Made by a program: the position numbers and the translations under genes. Of a DNA stretch of 64,000 nucleotides, positions 13,781 through 27,151 are shown in pieces. Position 1 is the stretch's first letter. Every line of letters starts with the position of its first letter. Source of the stretch: Felis catus (lineage: Eukaryota); NCBI RefSeq assembly GCF_018350175.1, contig NC_058373.1, forward strand, positions 112,594,001 to 112,658,000, in the 5' to 3' direction. A model generated the notes under the pieces. It was not told the origin of the DNA and searched no databases. It saw nothing but the letters and a program-made list of their open reading frames with translations.

Positions 13781-14001
13781 GGGGCACCTGGGTGGCTCAG
13801 TCGGTTAAGCGTCCGACTTCAGCTCACGTCATGATCTCTCGGTCTGTGAGTTCGAGCCCCGCATCAGGCTCTGGCCTGATGGCTCGGAGCCTGGAGCCTG
13901 CTTCTGATTCTGTGTCTCCCTCTCTCTCTGCCCCTGCCCCGTTCATGCTCTGTCTCTCTCTGTCTCAAAAATAAATAAAACGTTAAAAAAAATTAAAAAA
14001 A
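13781..14001 (+). mobile_element. CAN-SINE
   Basis: TSD aaaggaccatattgt at 13766-13780 and 14002-14016. Confidence 0.97.
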
Positions 14002-15005
14002 AAAGGACCATATTGTTTGTAGATGATTTATCACCCATCATAGAATGTCTCCCTTTCTCCTGATAGACAGAAAGTATGAGAAACTGATCAATCCATTCTA
14101 ATCAGGAATTGATGTGGATTAGAACTGGGTTGAGAATAGTTGGTTTACATCCCTTTATTCCTGCACAATAACAGCAGATTTAGCTCTGCTGGTCATAGTT
14201 TGCAGCCTAGCTCTCTTGCCTGCAGCCTAACTAATATGTGCCTCAAAAACTGGCAAACATCCTGAAGGGAAAACTGGCATTGTTCCATGGTTAGTCTTAT
14301 GTCCCTAACAGGTCTTGGTTTTTTAAGCACTATGAAGATTTTACTCTGTCTTTAATAAGCTTGTTGTCTAGCTTTACAGCCTTGTGTACAGCACCACAAT
14401 CTACAGTTGTTTTAAGGAGAAAAGCTGCCATGGGCTCAAGTATATTCAGATTTCTAATTCCTAAATGCCTAAAAGTTTTCTGGTTTATTTTCCTCCCGAG
14501 ACTCTTTGCCTAGAAAAGCTGATTGTCAGCCCTATGACCTCAATCATCAAATACTCCCAGTGGGGATGGGTTGGCAGATGGATGGGAAAAGCTAGAGAGT
14601 ATCAGTTTAACTCAGGAACGTTTCCCCATTTCTGGAATTGTATTTATCCAATTTATTGTTTCTGTTTCTCCTGTGTCTTTAAAAGTAGGAATTTGTAATT
14701 ATCTGATTGTGTTTACTTATTATTATATAAGTATTGACCTGCTGTGACCTACTGCATTCTACCCCAAAGCAGAACTCCTTTATTATATTTTTTGAACTCA
14801 CTATTTTTAGGATACAGAAAAGGTGTTTGTTTTATGTATAAATCCTTTATTTATGAAACACTTTTATTATATCTAGTAGTTTATCAGTCGAGTAAGCTTT
14901 GGTAAAGTGAAATTATAAAGTAAAATCCTTTTGCCTGGATTCTGGTCTGTTTGTTTAATGTTTGATGAATGAAGCACTGTTGCAAGTGCTTTAAAAATGC
15001 TAACT

Positions 15006-15242
15006 GTGGGCGCCTGGGGGGCTCAGTCAGTTAAGCCTCTGACTTCAGCTTAGCTCAGGTCATGATCTCATGGTTCGTGAGTTCGAGCCCCACTATGGGC
15101 TCTGTGCTGACAGCTCAGAGTCTGGAGCCTGCTTGGGATTCTGTGTCTCCCTCTCTCTCTGCCCTTCCCCCACTCTCTCTTGCACCCACATGCTCTCTCT
15201 TTCTCTCTCTCTCTCTCAAAAATAAACATTGAAAAAAATTTT
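15006..15242 (+). mobile_element. CAN-SINE inserted in a MIR remnant
   Basis: TSD aaatgctaact. Flanks resemble reverse MIR (aagtgcttt...atgaggtgggtattatt). Confidence 0.93.
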
Positions 15243-15339
15243 AAATGCTAACTTGTTTTAATTTTCATGACAAACATGAGGTGGGTATTATTCATTTTTT
15301 TTGGTGCATATATGTATGCACACCCAATAGATATCCACC

Positions 15340-15880
15340 TAATAGACTAGATATGACCTAGAAATACTGGTACATAGAGTATGGAAATGAATAATTTTAC
15401 TAGATTCTGCAAATAGTTTTCCCAGGTAGATGTTTACTTTTACAGTAACATCATTTTATGAGAACTCCTGTTTGCTTCACATTATCACCAACATTTAGTA
15501 TTATCAGTCTTTTTCATTTTAATCATTTCATAATAGTAATACCAAAATTTGTTTTCAATTTGTATTTCCCTAATGACTAATGATATTGAACATCTTTTTA
15601 TATATTTACTGGCCATTTGAATATCTTCTTTTATGAAGTGACTGTTCATGTCTTCCACTTTTAAAATATTAGGTTAACTATATTTTTATTATTTATTAAT
15701 AGGTATTCCTTATATGTTCCTTTGTTTGATGTATCGCACATTATCTCTGCTGCTTCCCTGTTTTCTTAAAAATGTCTTTGATGAATAGAAATACCTTAAT
15801 TTTAATATAGGTTAGCTTGCCAATCTTTTCACTTACAGTTAATGAATAATTATTTGTTGTTTAAATGATCCTGAAGACAT
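15340..15880 (-). mobile_element. Old L1 (L1ME-like) 3' fragment
   Basis: tttgtatttccctaatgactaatgatattgaacatctttt...tttactggccatttgaatatcttctttt is typical reverse L1 ORF2 C-terminal sequence. Confidence 0.75.
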
Positions 15881-16779
15881 CCATCGTCTAGAAGAGACTA
15901 TTTTATTATAAAATGTAATTTCTATATTAAATATATGTATAAAAGTTTTTTTGTAGTACAGAGGAGACAATGACTAACTCTGGCTACAGGGACAAGAAAT
16001 TCATGGAGAATATTATGGAAGGGGCTTCTAAAACAAAACAAAATATTAACAAAGACACTAAACATGAGTAAACAGTGTTTTTGGGAAGTGCAAATTGGCT
16101 GAAGTCAAGGGGTTGTTAATAATTGCAGAAAATGAGGCTAAAGTTAGGTAGGAGTCACATTGTAAATGATTTGGATGCCTTAGGGAGGGGAGCTTCTAGA
16201 AATTTTGAAGCAAAGACATTTCCAGATTTATTTCAGAGGATGTATTGTCCTTACCAAAATGAATTTGAAGGGGGAATAGAGGCAGAACACTTAGCTTTAT
16301 ACCAATCTGGATGAATGATGATAAAGACAAGGTTCAAGTCAGTAGCAACAGTAATGGAAAATATGGGAGGTATGTCACAATGTTAATAAAACAGGCTCTG
16401 CATCTGAATTGGATTGTGACCTTGTGTGTATTTTAACCGTTCTGTGTTTTCCTAGAAATAAAAGCCTACCTTTGTTGAATTACAAGACCTACCTACTATT
16501 GTTGTGAGAAGTAAATGTTTGTTTAGCCAAGTACCTAATATATAGTAATCACATAATGACAGCTGTGTGACATGATCTAAATAGAGTTGAGAAATGAGGA
16601 ATAGAAATAGAGATTAATTCAGGTATTTAGCTTAGACAACTTCATGGAAAATAATGCCAATCCCTGAACTAAGAAATTTGGAGGAACAGTTCTATTTGGA
16701 GGGAGTAATGAATGTTGGTGGTATTTGTGTATTTATTTTTTTTTGCTTATTTATTTATTATTTTAGAAATCAAGTATAT

Positions 16780-17180
16780 ATGTATGTATGTATTTATTTA
16801 TATTCTCAAGTTATCTAACATACAGTGTAGTCTTGGCTTCAGAATTAGATTTCCATGATTATTCTCTTACATACAATACCCAGTGCTCTTCCCAACAAGT
16901 GGCCTCCTCAATGCCCATCATCCATTTTCCCCTCTCCCATCAATCTTCAGTTCTCTGTATTTAAGCGTCTCTTATGGTGTGCCTCCCTCTCCGTTTTTAT
17001 CTTATTTTTCCTTCCCTTCCCCTATGGTCATCTGTTAAGTTTCTTAGATCCCATGTATAAGTGAAATCATATGGTATCTGTCTTTCTCTGACTTATTTTG
17101 CTTAGCATAATACCCTCCAGTTCCATCCACATTGCTGCAAATGACAAGAGTTCATTCTTTTACATCCCTGAGTACTATTC

Positions 17181-17224
<44 letters not shown>

Positions 17225-19418
17225 ACACACATACCACATCTTCTTTATCTATTCATCAGTTGATAGACATTTGGGCTCTTTCCATACACTGGCTATTGTT
17301 GATAGTACTGCAAAAAACATTGGAGTGTATGTTCCCCTTCAAATCAGCATTTTTGTATCCTTTGGATAAATTCCTAGTAGTGCTATTGCTGGGTCATAGA
17401 GTAGTTCTATTTTTAATTTTTTGAGGGACCTCCATACTGTTTTCCAGAGTGGCTGCCCCAGTTTGCATTCCCTTTCTCCTCATCCTCGCCAACATCTGTT
17501 GTTGCCTGAGTTGTTAATTTAAGCCATTCCGACTGATGTGAGGTAGTATCTCTTTGTGGTTTTGGTTTGTATTTCCCTGATGATGAGCAATGTTGAGCAT
17601 CTTGTCGTGTGTCTGTTAGCCATCTGGATGTCTTTTTGGAAAAGTGTCTATTTATGTCTTCTGCCTATTTCTTCACTGTTTCACTGGATTATTTAGTTTT
17701 TGGGTGTTGAGTTTGGTAAGTTATTTATAGAGTTTGGATACTAACCCATTATTGGATGTCATTTGCAAATATCTTTTCCCATTCTATCAGTTGCCTTTTA
17801 GTTTTGTTGATTGTTTCCTTTGCTGTGTAGAAACTTTTTATGTTGATAAAGTCCCAAAAGTTCATTTTTGCTTTTATTTCCTTTGCCTTTGGAGACATGT
17901 CAAGTAAGAAATGGCTATGACTGAGGTCAAAGAGGTTGCTGCCTATGTTCTCCTCTAGGATTTAATGGTTTCGTGTCTCAAATTTTAGGTGTTTCTTCCA
18001 TTTTGAATTTATTTTTGTGTATGGTGTAAGAAAGTGGTCCAGTTTCATTCTTCTGCGTATTGCCATCCAGATTTCCCAATATCATTTGTTGAAGAGACTT
18101 TTTTCCATTGGATATTCTTCCCTGCTTTGTCGAAAATATGTGGACATATATTTGTGGGTCCATTTCTGGGTTCTCTATTTCATTGGTCTTTGTGTCTGTT
18201 TTCGTGTCAATACCATACTGTCTTGATGATTACAGCTTTGTAATACACGTTAAGGTCTCGGATTGAGATGCCTCCAGCTTTGGTTTTCTTTTTCAACATT
18301 ACTTTCGCTATTCGGGGTCTTTTGTGGTTGCTTACAAATTTTAGGATTGTTTATTCTAGCTCTATGAAGAATGCTGGTGCTATTTTGGTTGGGATTGCAG
18401 TGAATGTGTAGATTGCTTTGGATAGTGTCGACATTTTAACAATATTTATTCTTCCAGTCCATGAGCGTGGAATGGTTTTCCATTTCTTTGTGTCTTCTTC
18501 AATTTCTTTCATAAGTTTTCTATAGTTTTCAGCATATGGATCTTTTACTTTGGATAGGTTTATTCCTAGCTATTTTATGGTTCTTGGTGCAATTGTATTT
18601 GGGATTGATTCCTTGATATCTCTTTCTGTTGCTGTATTATTGGTGTATAGAAATGCATATAGGATGTTGATTTTATATCCTGGACTTTGCTGAATTCATC
18701 TATCAAGTCTAGCAGTTTTTTGGTGGAGTCTTTCAGATTTTCCACGTAGAGTATCTTGTCATCTGCAAGGAGTGAAAGTTTGACTTCTTCTTTGTCAATT
18801 TGGATGCCTTTTATTTCATTTTGTTGTCTTGATTGCTGAGGTTAGGACTTCCAACACTTTGTTAAACAACAGTGGTGAGAGTGGACATTCCTGTCATGTT
18901 CCTAATCTCAGGGGGAGTGTTCTCAATTTTTTTTCCATTGAGGATATTAGCTATGGGCCTTTCATTTATGGCTTTTATGATGTTTAAGTATGTTCCTTCT
19001 CTCCCGGCTTTCTTGAGGGTTTTCATTAAGAAAGGATGCGATATTCTGTCAAATATTTTTTCTGCATCTTTGACAGGATCATATGGTTCTTATCCTTTCT
19101 TATATTAATGTGCTGTGTCACACTGATTGATTTGTGAATACTGAACTGGCCCTGCAGCCCAGGAATGAATCCCACTTGATCATGGTGAATAATTCTTTTC
19201 ATATGCTATTGAATTTTATTTGCTCATATCTTGTTAAGAATTTTTGCACCCATGTTCATCAGGGATATTGGCCTGTAATTCTTCTTTTAGTGCAGTCTTT
19301 GGTTTGGGAATCAAGGTAATGGTGGCTTCATAGAGTGAGTCCAGAAGGTTTCCTTTCATTTCTATTTTTTGGAACAGCTATAGAAAGATAGGTATTAACT
19401 CTACTTTAAATGTCTGGT
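16780..19418 (-). mobile_element. Carnivore/felid L1, 3' ~2.6 kb (3' UTR plus ORF2 C-terminal half)
   Basis: Reverse 3' UTR catacaatacccagtgctc...cctcctcaatgcccatca. Minus ORF 17978-18163 starts with an L1 ORF2-like MDPQIY. Contains (GT)20. Confidence 0.92.
17183..17222. repeat. (GT)20 microsatellite
   Basis: Direct reading. Confidence 0.97.
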
Positions 19419-19568
19419 GGAGGGCGCCTGGGTGGCTCAGTCGGTTAAACGTCCAACTTTGGCTCAGAACCAACTTCAGCTCAGGTCATGATATGATTCA
19501 TGAGTTCGAGCCCCGCATTGGGCTCTGTGCTGACAACTCAGAGCCTGCAGCCTGCTTCGGATTCTGTG
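19419..19568 (+). mobile_element. CAN-SINE 5' half with no tail and a small internal duplication
   Basis: Head gggcgcctgggtggctcagtcgg; near-duplicated ccaactttggctcag/ccaacttcagctcag; stops at gattctgtg. Confidence 0.9.
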
Positions 19569-19754
19569 ATCTCCCCAAATTCGCATACATGCACCTCTGT
19601 CCCACCAAGCTGTCTGTCTCTACCTGTGAAGATCTTTCTGTCACTCCGCAGGTTGATTTCCTAGGTGTTCTAAGTGTTCTGACTTCAATACAGCTGTGTT
19701 TGAGGGATGAAGGAAATCCCAGTCCACCTACATCTCCACCATCTTCACTCCTCC
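19569..19754 (-). mobile_element. Terminal ~185 bp of a carnivore L1 5' UTR
   Basis: caggttgatttcctaggtgtt...cagctgtgtttgagggatga...tctccaccatcttc resembles the reverse L1 5' terminus. Confidence 0.7.
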
Positions 19755-21759
19755 GCTCACTGGTCTTTAAAGCATATAAGATCCTGTATTAGGAAATTTA
19801 TTCACTCCCCTAACCAAATAATTTAGTGCTTTTGTTTGATTTATTCACTGTTGGTGGTTTTCATCTCTCTTTTTTCTTACTGGTACTATTCATGTCATTG
19901 AGAGTTCCTTTCCTATGCTGTCTTCTCACAGTAAGAGAACATCAGAGGAATGATGGAAAAAAATACATAGTTTTCAAGTATAATAAATTTTGTATTAATA
20001 CAGGTTTTCTCTCTACTACATTTCTGAACATTTAGTCCATGCCCCTCCTTTTTTTTCACCCACAACTTATGATTACCCATTGTATAATGTGGAATCATAA
20101 TTTTCCTGATGACATTAGGACAATTTGATCTCTAGTTCTTGGCCCTCTTTGAAAAGATAGTTTAAGCCTACCTGTATTTTTGCTATTTTTTGCTGCCTAT
20201 AAATAGATCAATGTTCTATTGTTTCTCTTACTAATTATTATGTAATAATTTATACAAAAATATTGGCTAAAATTCCACCAGAATACTATACTTTCTTTAA
20301 ACTTACAAAAATGAATTTCCTCTATTTTTTTACTAATAGACATTAAAATTACATTGTAACACCTTAAGGATTTTTTTCCACTAATATTCTAACAAAAAAC
20401 TGAACCACAGTGACAGTTATTACTGAGTCACTGTAAATCAGACCTTTTATATTCCACAAAGCACTAAATATCAATGAATGCAACTATTTCCAGATGGTTT
20501 TTGTTAAGGAGATTTTTAAGTAGAATTAAATTAATTATACAGTATATGTTATCCATGCCTAATTATTTATCTGGTTTAACTCAGCCTGGAATAAAATGTT
20601 CAAAGATAAAGCCATATCATATACAAAACTTTGTCAGAATTATATTACCGATGTTTGAGAGAAGGTGATAGAATTATGACAGAAATCTTTCTATTTCCTT
20701 TTCATTGTATAATTTCAACATGAAGATATATGCTCACATCACATTCTCACACTGGTATATACAGAAGCTGGTAATAAATAATATGGTTTGACCAATATCT
20801 TTGCTTCCTTAAGAAGTTTCATAATGTGCATGAATGTACACATGTGTGCATACAAACAGACATTTATTTTTTAAGTTTTTATTCTGTACCCAGAATGACA
20901 GTAGATGCTTTTCATGTTCTTGTTTACATTATTGTTTTTAACAGTGACCCAAGTTTCAAAGAGTTTTAGTATCTTGCCTATGGAACCAAAGGTAGTTAGT
21001 CGACTGGAACTGGAAGAACAGGCACCCAGGTCTGTCTTGCCCCAATCTTGTTCCCTTTCTGTTACCTCTTCTTCTACCCCAGTGCCTCACAGCTAGAAAA
21101 TTTATAGAGGTAAACGTTGTTGTTTATAGATGAGAAAAACTAAAAGCAGAGTAAATATCAGTAGGGTTTTCAAATTAAAATATGCAGACTGTTGTGTAGA
21201 CTTAGAATTCATTATAGTGAGCTTACTCATGATGTGTTGTCGAAATGAAAAAAAAAAAAAAACAAGTTAAAAATACCTGTGTGTGCATTTTGCATCTCTG
21301 TAAATGCATGTGTGTTTATTTATTTATAGAAATTTGTGTGAAAGGATGATTGACATAAATTTAAAATGGGCTATCTCTGCTAAATTTTTAATGACTTTCA
21401 ATTCATTATACCTTTTATGTTGATTGAGTTATTTTTGTCTTTTTAATAAGCATGTTTTTTAGAATTATAAAAAAAATCACAAAGAATATTCCCATGTGGG
21501 GCCAAAAAATTAAAAATGGAATAAAAAATAGGAATAGGTGGAAATATAAAACACTTTTTTCACCAAATATCATTTCTAGAACCTACTTTACAATTATAAA
21601 ACAGATGATACATTTAATCAAATTTCTTTCACATAGCCACTCATTTTGTTTTCATATTGCCTATTCTACAACAGTGAGTAGAATGGCTTTAAATGCCAAA
21701 CTCATAGAGGTGGTACTAAATTTTATTGATAAATAAAATACCTAGTGCTTTAAGGGGAA

Positions 21760-22610
21760 GCTCTAGTCCAGTATAGCTCAGTAGCTCCTATCGAAAGACT
21801 CATCTGTTATCACAAATAGCAGTTATAAACTCTGAACTAAACAAAAAATAACCATCTGAAAACACTGGGTAGCAACCAAATGCAAGAAGATTCTGTCATT
21901 TGGAAGAAGGCTCTTGTTGAATACCCCATTTGTATAACTTTTATCCTGACAGTAGGTCCCAGTTTGGCGTATTTGGCAGCTAAAACCTACAAGCTTACTG
22001 GCTAGAAGAACAGAGTTTGGGACAAGCACAGATGCTTTAAACTGATGGAGGGGTGGGGATATCCTGGAAGGGAGAGAGCCAAAGAGAAGATCTTCAAATT
22101 CTATAAATAAGCCCCTTAGGTCTCTGGCTGACCTCTGAACCATGATAGTGCTGGGTAAACTACAAACACTGCAATTGGGGCTAAAGGAACTTAATTGAAT
22201 TTTGAATTGCCATCACTGTAGAGCAGACAGAGATTGCAGTTGAGTCTACCCAAGTCATCTGCTTACTAAAATAAAAACAAATCAACATTCCTCAAAGCAA
22301 TATAACAAAACCTGGAGTTTCTTCAACATATCATTCAGCATGTCCAGAATACAGTCCAGAATTATTTAATGCATAAAGAAACAAAATGTGATCCATTCTC
22401 AAAAAAGGTAATCAACTGACACGAACCCCAAGATGGCCCAGTTATTTCAATTAACAACGATTTTTAAAGCAGCTCTATAATCAGGCTCAAGGAGTAAAGT
22501 AAAATATGCTTGTAATGAATGAAGAGATATAAAATCTTTGCAGAAAAAATAGAAACAAAAAGAACCAAGTGAAAATTGTAGAACTGAAAAATACAATTGC
22601 TTTAAAGAGT
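21760..22610 (+). mobile_element. Old L1 5' UTR/ORF1-start fragment
   Basis: aaacaaaatgtgatccattctca, aaccccaagatggcccagtta and gaaaattgtagaactgaaaaatacaat are ORF1 N-terminal-like. Confidence 0.6.
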
Positions 22611-23127
22611 TTTGAAAGTACCTTTTTATCTTTAATTTCAGGGTCCCACATGAACCAGTTTAAGATTAATGACAGTGCAATCATGTAATAAATGTATAGT
22701 TATTAAATAAAACTTTAAAGCATGTTGGATTAGCTTTTAAAGCAGTAAGATTCATGCCTAGTTATTTGTGTTTGGAAAGTTTTGGTATTGTTTATTAGTG
22801 GAACTATACTGTAGGAATTATATGTAGAATAAAGGGAAAATGAAAATATTAATAATTCTTATTCAAAAAATAATCTTTGGGTACAGGATAGTGACCATAC
22901 TAATGGTAATGTACTGTTTTTCCTTGGCAAATTTCTTAAGAAAGATTATTGATTTAGAATTAATAATGGACAGTAGAATAGCTAGTTTTGGAGTTCAAAG
23001 CTCCCATTCCTCCATAGAAACACTGTGAAACAAACAGAAATTGTTAAAACCAACTTTTTCAGCACTCCATTTCAGAAAATAAAGTTTTATAATAACCAAG
23101 CCAACCCTGAATTAAGAATATTGATTT

Positions 23128-23491
23128 GTTTGGGGTGATAAAAGTTTTCAAAAATAGTGGTGCCAATTGCACTATATTTTGAATGTAATGTGTAATGTCA
23201 CTGAACTGTATGCTTAAAAATGGTTAAGATACAAGTTTTATTATATAACTTTTTTACCATGATAAACATTTTTTGAAAAAAAATGCATGATGTACTGGTA
23301 AATGTTACAACATGTATGAAACTTGAAAACATTATGCTAAGTAAAAGAAGCCAGTTACAAAAGACCACATATTGTATGAATTCAGTTTTGTGAATATCTG
23401 GAATAGGCAAATCCATAGAGACAGAAAGTAAATTTGTGGTTTCCTGGGCCCTCTCAGAGGTGTAGTGACTGCTAATATTTACCAGGTTTCT
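23128..23491 (+). mobile_element. L1MB-like 3' UTR in two pieces in swapped order
   Basis: The terminal segment (tttggggtgat...aaacattttttgaaaaa) precedes the normally upstream segment (acttgaaaacattatgctaagtaaaagaagccag...gtgactgctaat...ggtttct). Confidence 0.8.
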
Positions 23492-24630
23492 AATATTGCA
23501 TTTCTTACATTTGGTGGATTCCTGAGGATTCCTATCAGAGTCATAGTCATAATGTGCTTGATTTATTATTCTATGGCTTTAATTACTTATTCCCAATTCT
23601 TCAGAGGTCCAGTCAATCTTAGACCAAGCTTTATGTCAGTAGAGCCATCACCATTTATTCAGGTCACCTATTATATTAATCACTGAAGAATATCAATATG
23701 CATAAAATTTGGCTCTTAAGTTCAGGGAAGGCCTTAGGGAAAATAGAATAAAAAGGCCAAAAGAGTATCTCTTCAATCCATTTAGCTCTGTAAATCATTT
23801 AATTGTTCTGTTTTACAGAACCTTCCCTTTTAAAATATTTCAACTTTTGGCCTCTCAGAGTTAGTGATAAAAGGAGTACCATGAACCCTGACTCTACTTG
23901 GGTCTTCTAAGGTGATTAAAGTGGTGGAGAAGCTCACACTTAGGCCACTGTAACTCTGGCATAAATAATGTTGAGAAAATAACAAAAGAAACCATTTATT
24001 TACCAGTTACTATGTGTTAAGTACTCTGCCAAGTGTTTGTTCACTTGCTAAGTGTGTTACTCTAGTAAATGATAACTATTGTTTGAGTTTGTTTTTTGAA
24101 GGTTTTGGTGAAAGCTTCAGCTACATTAACAAATATTTGGGAAATGGGTTGATATTGTCTTAATGGAAAAAAGTAGGTTTGGGGGGAAGGTTTTAAAGAA
24201 ATCTATTTTTAGAATGCTAATTTTAAAGTGATTTGGAGTAGATTCTCAAAGCCAGAAAGGACCAGAGAGGGAGATTTCTAGTTTAGGTAACATAATTGAA
24301 GATGAGATAACAGACAAGGAATGGGAGAATCTGCCTAGAAAAATAAATGAGAAGTTAAGCTAATTTAGTAGACAATTTTGGGGAAAAGACATGAGAGAAG
24401 ATCTTAGGAAAATTTTCCTAAAATATAAAAGCATGCTTAAGTTAAGATACTTAGATAACTTAAAACTGCTTGCATTATGTTATTTTGTTCATGGAAATGG
24501 TATTTCTGTCATTTATGAAAACTAATAACTGCACACTTAAAAACTAGGAAACAATATCCCTATCCATTTAAAAATGTTCCCTTAGAAAAGTTTTAGTGGA
24601 TTTTTGAACACATTTGTTAAACATATTTTA

Positions 24631-24839
24631 ATTTTCTTTGATGTTTATTTAATTTTGAGAGAAGACAGAACTCAAGCGGGGGAGGGGCAGAGAGAGAGGA
24701 TGAGACACAGAATCTGAAGCAGGCTCCATGCTCTGAGCTGTCAGCACAGAGCCCAATGTGAGGCTCAAACTCAAGATCTGTGAGATCATGACCTGAGCTG
24801 AAGTCAGACGCTTAACCAACAGAGCCACACAGTCGCCCC
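24631..24839 (-). mobile_element. CAN-SINE
   Basis: Reverse SINE body ending cagtcgcccc. Confidence 0.93.
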
Positions 24840-25815
24840 AAAACAAAAGCTATTTTAAATATTATGTCATCTTTAAATATCTTTTTGTGTGACATGCTGA
24901 ATATTTTTTAGCATAACATTCAGAATTTGCTTTACGTATACAGATACATGATCAGAATTTTGGAGATCACTTTTATAGAGGAGGAGGCATGTAAACAAGT
25001 AAATTTCAGTAAAATATGAAAAGTGCTATCCCAAAGGGATGCCTGGTAATACACACAAGGAATAAATTGTCTGGAGGAGTCAGTGGAGACTACTGACATG
25101 TCCTAAAGCTGTGTCTCATTAAGTATAGATAGGAATTTCTTAGGTGGTTATATCAGATTCTTTAATAAACCAAAGAAAATATGACATTTCTCAAATGGTT
25201 TTATATTGGTGAGCTCTACTTAATTCAGTGATTCATGTTTACATCAATAAATGTAGAGAAAAGAAAAAATATCTATTGTAATAGATGAGTATGAGACTCT
25301 AGGTAGATGTCCGAATGGTGGCTCTATTACTGTCCCATTTTTCTCTTTTGGGGGTTCTCTAGTCTTGGGCAAGAGAAAAATATTGCTTAAAATCTCTGTA
25401 ATGATGGTTTTCATTCTGGTCACAGTAAAGAAAATGTTATATATTCATAAACACCTGTAATATCTGTAAAACAGTTTTCTTAAGATGATCATACCTCTTT
25501 CATAGCACTAACCATGATATGTTGATGTGCCATATTAATTTGTTCATACCTCTGCGATCTTTGACATCAAGGCCATTTGTCTTACATTTTTTTTCATTCT
25601 CACATTTTCCTGGCACATACTAGGCATGGTATGTTTCTTAAACTAAATGATTAAAATTGAGTCTTCATGGCAATTTATTTAAACCTAATTCACATCAGGT
25701 TTACTTTCAAAGCTGTTGTGAAGATTCTTGTAAAGCTATGACTAATAAAATACAATAAAATATAAATTGAAAACAGCAGGAGGATGCAAAGATGCTAACT
25801 AGGAAAGTAATTTTA

Positions 25816-26031
25816 AATTTTTTTTTCAACATTTTTATTTATTTTTGGGACAGAGAGAGACAGAGCATGAACGGGGGAGGGGCAGAGAGAGAGGGAGACA
25901 CAGAATGGGAAACAGGCTCCAGGCTCCGAGCCATCAGCCCAGAGCCCGACGCGGGGTTCGAACTCACGGACCGCGAGATCGTGACCTGGCTGAAGTCGGA
26001 CGCTCAACCGACTGCGCCACCCAGGCGCCCC
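25816..26031 (-). mobile_element. Young CAN-SINE (SINEC_Fc-type)
   Basis: TSD ggaaagtaatttta at 25802-25815 and 26034-26047. Confidence 0.97.
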
Positions 26032-26049
26032 GCGGAAAGTAATTTTATA

Positions 26050-26541
26050 TGTACTATATTGTTCCATTGAAACCACCACAAGACTTTGTGTCTTACAACA
26101 ATGATTTATTATTTCTCACAAATCTGTGGGTTTGCTGGGCTTAGCTGAGTGTATCTTTTTCTGGTCTTACTTGGGGGTCATTCATGTGGCTGAAATAATT
26201 GGTCGACTCAACTGAGGCTCACTTAGGTGTCTCACTCAGATGGCCTCACTCAGGGGTCTGGGCCCTTGGTGCTTTCTATTCTGCTAAGCTTTCTCTCTAC
26301 ATGTTTTCTCTTCATTCCATTATTTAGACTGGACTTCCTTTCATGGTAAGAGAAGTTTACCAAAAGAGTGAAGGTAGAGGATTTGAGGCCTTTTGAGACC
26401 TAACCTTCAGAACTCATATACCATAATTTCTGCCCTGATCAGAGGTACAAGTCTGGCCCAGATGCAGAATTGGTGAAAATAGACTCTACCCCTTGACAGG
26501 AGGATTTATAAAGAATATGTGGTTATATTTAACCTACCACA
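26050..26541 (-). mobile_element. MaLR solo LTR (MLT1H/J-like)
   Basis: atttattatttctcacaaatctgtggg...gggcttagctg, cagatggcctcactca, aaatagactctacccc...ctaccaca. Confidence 0.7.
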
Positions 26542-26937
26542 GTATAGAATATGCATAGTTGTTGAGTATAAAATTTATTTCTGAGCTGGCTGAAAATTGA
26601 GGAAAAAATGAGACATTAAGGTGCTGGCTATCTAAATAAAGAACAAATACCAGAAAGTTCAATTTGTAAAATCCTTTTATTTTTTAATAATACATACAGA
26701 TTTTAAAGAATTCGAAAATTCAAAAGAAAATAAAAAGGAATTAAAATGTACTTCACATCTATCCAGAAATAACCATTATTAAAGTTGTAAAACATTTCAT
26801 CTATCTATGCCTATGTTATAGATAGAAGAATGGATAGATGTTTAACTGAAAGTGAAAGAAATAGCTATGCAAAAGCAGGATAGTACTCTCAAGCTAATAC
26901 AGAGGCATTTTATTTCGTTTAAATAGAAAAAAAAGTG

Positions 26938-27151
26938 GGGGCGACTGGGTGGCACAGTCGGTTGAGCGTCCGACTTCAGCCAGGTCACGATCTCGCGGTC
27001 CGTGAGTTCGAGCCCCGCGTCAGGCTCTGGGCTGATGGCTCGGAGCCTGAAGCCTGTTTCCGATTCTGTGTCTCACTCTCTCTCTGCCCCTCCCCCGTTC
27101 ATGCTCTGTCTCTCTCTGTCCCAAAAATAAATAAACGTTGAAAAAAAAAAA
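26938..27151 (+). mobile_element. Young CAN-SINE (SINEC_Fc-type)
   Basis: TSD tttaaatagaaaaaaaagtg at 26918-26937 and 27152-27171. Confidence 0.97.

Larger units (their letters stand above)
12200..14780 (-). mobile_element. Ancient antisense L1 (L1ME/HAL1-like) fragments
   Basis: T-rich sequence resembling reverse endonuclease region (~12220-12650) and reverse ORF1 (~13000-13420); highly diverged. Confidence 0.6.
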
